From the NCBI GenBank assembly GCA_010909165.1, contig MU008218.1, positions 1 to 64,000 on the forward strand: 64,000 nt of DNA. The letters are read 5' to 3'. Source of the DNA: Anthoceros angustus (taxonomy: Eukaryota; Plantae; Anthocerotophyta). This document shows, piece by piece, positions 58,374 to 64,000 of the stretch. A program made the translations under genes and the position numbers. The notes under the pieces are model-generated. The model ran no database searches. It was not told the origin of the DNA and worked only from the letters and a program-made list of their open reading frames with translations. Every line of letters starts with the position of its first letter. The first letter of the stretch is position 1.

Positions 58374-61300
58374 TTAGTTCCCCCTAGCTGATGTGAATCT
58401 GGTCCGCAGAAGCTGCAAAACAGAGTCAACATCAGGAAGCCCAGACAGTCCAAGCGGCACGAGGAATGACAACATGCCAACGGAACTTGCTGTGAGCACC
58501 GACATGAAATCCACAGCACACGCCACCCTGCACAGACAAGCCTCCGGTCTGAGAATCTCAATTCGTGTGCTAACTAGCAAACTCGTGGATCAAGGCAACC
58601 AGCCACTGGTAAAACTCACTTTGATGCGGAGGCTGCTGAAAGTAGGGGAGTCATAACGTTTGCGAAGAACCCCGTTGAGTACTGGTATATATATTTGGTG
58701 ACTACCGTGGCAACAGCACCTGCGGATGCTAGATAGATAACTGGCCTCGTCCAGTCGCGAGGTGACAATCCTGAGACAAGGGAGCACAACTCAGTCGCTT
58801 CAGGAGCTTGTGGATAGTACGAGCCATGGGGTGAAGACAGGACACACTTGCACCACTAGCATATATGTCAGAGGCAACCAGCCACTTCTAGCATCCGTAT
58901 CTTGCAGACAACATTTCTGTGGGCGGACAAGCTTACCACCAAGGCGCTGGGAAAGGATCAGTAGCAATGCAATCGCTGAAGCCAGGTTCACTGTTACTGT
59001 CGCTATCACCTGCAACCGTGTCAAGTGAGCATACCAGCAGCACCAGAAGCTGGCTTGTAATAATGCAGCTGACAGGAGGTCCTACCAGACCAGAAGCACC
59101 TAATCCGGCGAATCGTATGAGGAGCCAATCAAGAGCAGCATTTGCACAGATCGCTGCCACACTAACGTAGAAGGGTATGCGTCCTTCACCCAGGGCATAG
59201 AATACCCTCACAAGCAAATCGCGAGCCAAGTAAAATGTAGAACCTAACACGTCTGTAATCGTGCAACAGACGAACAAGGTCACACTGATATGTCAATGAT
59301 ACGATAGAAGGATAACTGCAGACCGTTGATAGAAGTTGGGGCAAGGTAACACTCACATAAAGCTAACAGAGACGATACTTGAATGGATGCAGTTGCATCA
59401 AAAGAATACCGTTGAAAGACAAGCCTCACTATTGGCTGTGCCAATGGCAATACAACAGCTGTCATGAGTAAGGTAAGAGCCTGCACAGAACTCACAAGTT
59501 AGCGCAATTGAGGCAATGCAGCAATTTCAAGGAATAAATTCTTCATGGATTCATGCTGGATTTAAGAAGACCACCATTGACAGGAGGAGCCCTTGCTGCA
59601 CTCTTTGTTCCAGTTCTGGCCATAGAGAAGACTACACAAACCAGAAAGTTTTGTCCGTGGAATCACCATACACAGCCAGATACTCAAGATTTAAAACATA
59701 AGAAGCATCAACAGCACCGTGAGACAGAGAACCTGAGACAGACGAGAGAAGATCGGTAAAAGGGGAAGTAGGACAGAGCTGGACAAAATACCAACAGGGG
59801 CCATGGCCAATAAGTTGGCATCTGTGACATTGACCACTGATCACTCTTAGCCACACAGTTAGCTGTAAAGTTCGCGGAAACCTAAATGTTTTAGTCCACA
59901 AAAAGGAACTCCAATAACAGCCGAAGAAACGTAAAAAGGCTGAGTTCAATTACGAATGGAATGCTTACACCCAAGAGCTGCAGCAGCACCAGGGATGAAG
60001 GAGGCGAAATAAAGGTCTGTAAAAGTTGCAATTTGAAGCATGCCTGAACCGACTGCTGCAGGCAACAAAACTGCCAACACCTGCCAGGTAATGCAAAGAT
60101 TCATCTATGCAGACAGGATTTGCAACTTGCCGCTACAACACAGGTCTGGCAAACGGTGCAATATTGATAGTGCATGCATACAAATCAGTACCTCCCCGAC
60201 ACCCTTATCTCCGAAAGGGTTACCGAGCCAAATGCGAAAGAAACCGTAACCTGCTTTCTGTTGCTCCTTAGCCTGAATTTCATACACAGGATGCATTCAC
60301 CATTAGCTTTGTGCACTAAGCGGGATCACTGCTGATGGAAACAGTAGTTGCTGGGTTACAAACCAGATAAACTGGTTAACCTACGAGGATAAGCCATTGC
60401 AATGAAGCTCCAAAGATAGCCCCAGCAGCAATGAAAATGCCACCTAAACAAGTGGTTTCAATAAATGTAAGTTCCAGCAAGATCCTCTCTGGACCAGACA
60501 CAATTGTATTACTTCATAACCGGCCAAAGCAAAAACCTTTACGGTCCGCACCAATACCTGCAATTAAGTTATGAGACGCTGTTGACATCGGGCCATGCAG
60601 GACTATATGAGCAGCTACCTGCATTTGCCACATCACAGGACAATGCAATAAATGGGAAAACTGGAAATCCATGAAGGTCAAGGAAATGACCATTTACAAC
60701 AAGGAATCGATCTCAATCGAAAATAGTGCGTACAGCTCCTAGGATTGTGACACTGCTAAGTGCTGGCACAACTGATGTTATCCCATAAACACCACAAGAG
60801 CTGTTTCATTCAGAACAAAAAGCAGATTCAGAGCAGCAAAAAGCAAGTTGTATCAGTACTGCAAAATCCAGGGCCTATAATCTGTGTAGCTCATAGTGCT
60901 GTAGAGAACTTCAAAAGACTTTACTCAAACCTACCTAAGGGTACCAAAGGCGATACCAATGAGAGCCGAGAGCAGTGCACAAGGAGCCATGATTTTGAGC
61001 TGAATGCACAGACAAACAGACATTTGCAGCTAAACAGAAAATACGAGAGGAGTTGAATGTTTCAGATGAAGAAGACAGAACAAGAGTCTGCCGGGTAAAT
61101 TGGAGCTATCTCATCTAGCACACATAATATTCCACACCATTTTTCATAAATACTGACCTGAGCAATCGCAATATCTCTACAAAGTCTTCCATCGGCAAAT
61201 TGTGGCGCTAGTAGTCTACATAGTCCACAGACATACCGCTATCAGCACAAGGAAGAGAACACTGAAAGGAAGTCCAGGTCACAACCATAAGTTCTTCGGC

Positions 61301-62618
61301 ACGCACAGAGTTCTCACAACATGATTCAGCTGAAAAAATGGAGATTTATGGAAACCTTCAGTGTGCAGGCCTGGAGCATCAGGTTAATGTGATCACCCAG
61401 GAGCGATGGTGTCGATGATGTTGCCAGCAAACACGTAGATACAAATACTGACTGCAGAACATGCCTGTAAAATGGCCATCAGAGTACAATATTCACCAGG
61501 CAGATGACTAAAAATGATGTGCTTGCAAGGTTGCTAACATATCATGCATCCATCATTCATACCAGCAAAAGTATGGCAGACACTTTCTCAATCAGAAGTC
61601 TCCCTTCCTGTTGGCTGCGCTTACTGCGCTCACAGCACACAGGCACTAAGGTTAATGCTGATAGTACAGATTGAATGTCTATAGCAAGGTTGTCTTGGCA
61701 AAGCTGTGGACTGTAAATTAGCACCTCAAAGAAGCAGTTACTGCAAGATGAAATGGCCCATTGACGCCTGCAAATTAACAGCCAGTGATGTTAACTCCAC
61801 CGGCATTGTCGCTTGAATGCAATTATAACAAGGTGCTTTCAACCAAAGTTGGACACAGCACAAAGTTGGACACAGCGCAAACAGCATGTACCTCCTAGGA
61901 GGGACAGAAATATGCTCGGAACAATAAAAGAATAGCTGCGCACACCAGCAAACACCCACACGGAGACGTACGTCTGTCAGATCACATTCTAGTGCCAATA
62001 GTGAGCACGGAGCACCTTAATGGAACAAAGAAAACACACTTGAAAGCCGTGACTACTGGGCCAACCCCAAAAACTGCTGCCAAAGCCGTCTCACGAGCCA
62101 TTCCCTGCCACCAGAGAAGTGGATGGTAAAGCTAGAAGAAGCCCAGAAACCAGAAAAGGATACAGAAACGATGCCCAATGATGTATGTGCTCGCTAACTC
62201 ACCAGAACTTTGCTCAAGGCTGTGGCTGCTCCAATTATGCCCGCAATCTCCAGTAAACCCCCTGAGAATAAACATCCGTACTAAGCATTAAGTCTTCCCA
62301 CACAGGCTCAAAATCACCTAATTCGAATGAGCTGGTAGCTTAACGCTTACTGCTCTCATTCTCCCGGTCCTCAGTGACCTCGGAGGCTGTAGAAATGGAG
62401 CCATCCTCAAACGGCTCCTCTGCTTGGCAGTAAGCACCTCGAATACCACGTGCAATAGCGAGCTTTGGTACCAGCTTCAGAGACAATCTCCGAAAAGACC
62501 TCCTTCTCTCGAGGCCAGCACAAGGAGAAGCGACAGATGACGTGGTAACGGATTGAACCCGCAAAAACAGCACTGGATGCTGGCGGCAACAGACCGATGC
62601 TTTCCCAATCATCACCAT
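58374..62618 (-). CDS. MurJ: Plastid-targeted lipid II flippase MurJ (MviN), many short exons
   Basis: Transit-like exon 1; GLLEIAGIIGAATALSKVLG|LARETALAAVFGVGPV; VLPLAQPIVRLVFQRYSFD; DLLVRVFYALGEGRIPFYVSVAAICANAALDWLL. Confidence 0.9.
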
Positions 62619-62866
62619 CGCCCACACCTGCAACTCGGCTGCCTGTCCCCGAAAACTGTTCACAGGAAGCTCTCCAGGTCAGTGCGAGCACACGTCACAC
62701 AGTGGTAACACTGTGTCCCTTCTAATCCGGTGCAGAAACTGTACGCATCTGGACTGCAGTACTGACAGAGCATTCCGACTAGCACCTGGTCTCGTGCCTT
62801 GATCTTCTGCTGGGATTGTGGCACACAGATTGAAACCAATGCAATTGAGAGCAGGCGCAGGCAAAG

Positions 62867-63238
62867 ATGTCGTTGCCAACTCCCGAGCGCAAGCGGCCGA
62901 TAATGGCCAGATTGCCGCCGATGAGACCGATCTGGATAGACCCTAATGCAAAGGTGGACTCTCCGCAAGGGCGATGGGCTCGCAAGAACTCCGACGTCAC
63001 AGTTCTGTACCACGACAGACCAGCATCCCAGTGCGGCTACCTGATGCCCTACGATCCCAGAGCGCGGCCTCCGAACCAGTATGACGTCGTACCGCAGATC
63101 TGGCCTGTGACCGAGGTGTATGATGTGCTTGAAGGCTACACTATCCCCATGGACTGCAGAAGGTGGGATGTTGCAACGCCCATTACTGCACGCACGCGCC
63201 GGCCTCCCAGATGCATCACACCCATCCAACTAGCTTAG
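62867..63238 (+). CDS. Hypothetical protein (probable first exon of an unidentified gene)
   Basis: 123-aa ORF with G-rich first codon positions and protein-like W/Y/D/P composition. No family recognised. Confidence 0.35.
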   Translation: MSLPTPERKRPIMARLPPMRPIWIDPNAKVDSPQGRWARKNSDVTVLYHDRPASQCGYLMPYDPRARPPNQYDVVPQIWPVTEVYDVLEGYTIPMDCRRWDVATPITARTRRPPRCITPIQLA

Positions 63239-64000
63239 ACGCACCAGCGGCAGGTCCCTGGAAACAGGAGGTTGACGCCCATCTTGGCGAAGGTGATGAC
63301 CCTACAAGAAGACAGCAGAGGAATGATAGGTTTTCCAGCTCCGAACGCATGCGATGATGAGTCCGTGGCATTCAGCTGAACACAGCCATGTCCGTCTTTG
63401 TGGAACAGCCAAGTCTGTCACTGGCCCTGACACTGGGTCAACTCGGTCTAGGGGAAAGCAGTCGTGAGAAGATGGACGGCTTCAGACTAAAGGTTGAGGG
63501 CAGAGTTGATTTCAGGGCCAAGCGATCGTGAAGTCTGTTGCGCTCCACAGCTGAAGAATTTGAAATGGAAATGGCCTCAGGTTGCGACGCAAGCATTCAT
63601 TCATCCACCCATCGCTGATGCATTGCATCCCAAACATACCTCATCCTTCAATCACGCATGTCGAAAAGGAGAAGATTCAGTTCTTCACTTCCCGCGCGAG
63701 CGAGCTTTCGTGGTACCAGGCCGATGAGCGACTGGTTCCTGACATTCGGTCAGCCAAATTAGGAAATCCGAGGAATTTGGAAATCCGGGATGTACCTGAC
63801 TCGTAAGCAGAATCACCACACAAAGAAAGAAATGGCGGAATCAGGGGGCAATCTCGAGATTGAAGCCTATATAAGCAGATGTATTGACCTTGTCCGTCAG
63901 ACGCTCGTGTGTAGTGACTTGTCAATCGGGTGATGTGGTAATCCTATTTTGCAAGAAATGGAGTCGAGGAAAGCATCAGTAGTTCTGGCCACCGTGGCTG

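Noticed and set aside
58374-62618. MurJ as evidence of bacterial contamination or recent HGT
   Set aside because: The gene has many spliceosomal introns and an N-terminal transit-like exon, and sits among plant genes. This is consistent with endosymbiotic origin.
62660-63229. 189-aa minus-strand ORF as the real gene
   Set aside because: It is the codon-aligned antisense of the plus ORF, with His/Arg-rich composition typical of a shadow frame.

Overview
Eukaryotic nuclear DNA from a non-seed land plant, most likely a hornwort or similar compact-genome lineage. This is inferred from short GT-AG introns, dense GC-rich genes, a PLS-type PPR editing factor with a PGxSWW box, and an intron-containing plastid MurJ. 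The left half (1-33.5 kb) is mostly Ty3/gypsy retroelements. A 13.7-kb element has ~4.9-kb LTRs. A related element carries a protein-coding ORF inside its LTR region, and this ORF shows a synonymous-substitution excess between two copies. A third element has an integrase ending in a PHD finger. Between them lie a PPR gene with a frameshifted, eroded DYW domain, a RING-H2 E3 ligase and an AT-rich island with an orphan ORF. The right half is gene-dense: cardiolipin synthase, RFC3/S6-like, a MYND-finger/carboxylesterase fusion, an alpha/beta hydrolase, a decayed PIF/Harbinger transposon, a gypsy gag-PR fragment, a 2OG dioxygenase, cytosolic RPE, a tandemly duplicated RPS15A + LRAT/NC-domain unit, a condensation-domain protein, MurJ and an orphan ORF. 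No rRNA, tRNA or CRISPR array was found. All calls are from manual reading without database searches; boundaries of multi-exon genes and TEs are approximate.
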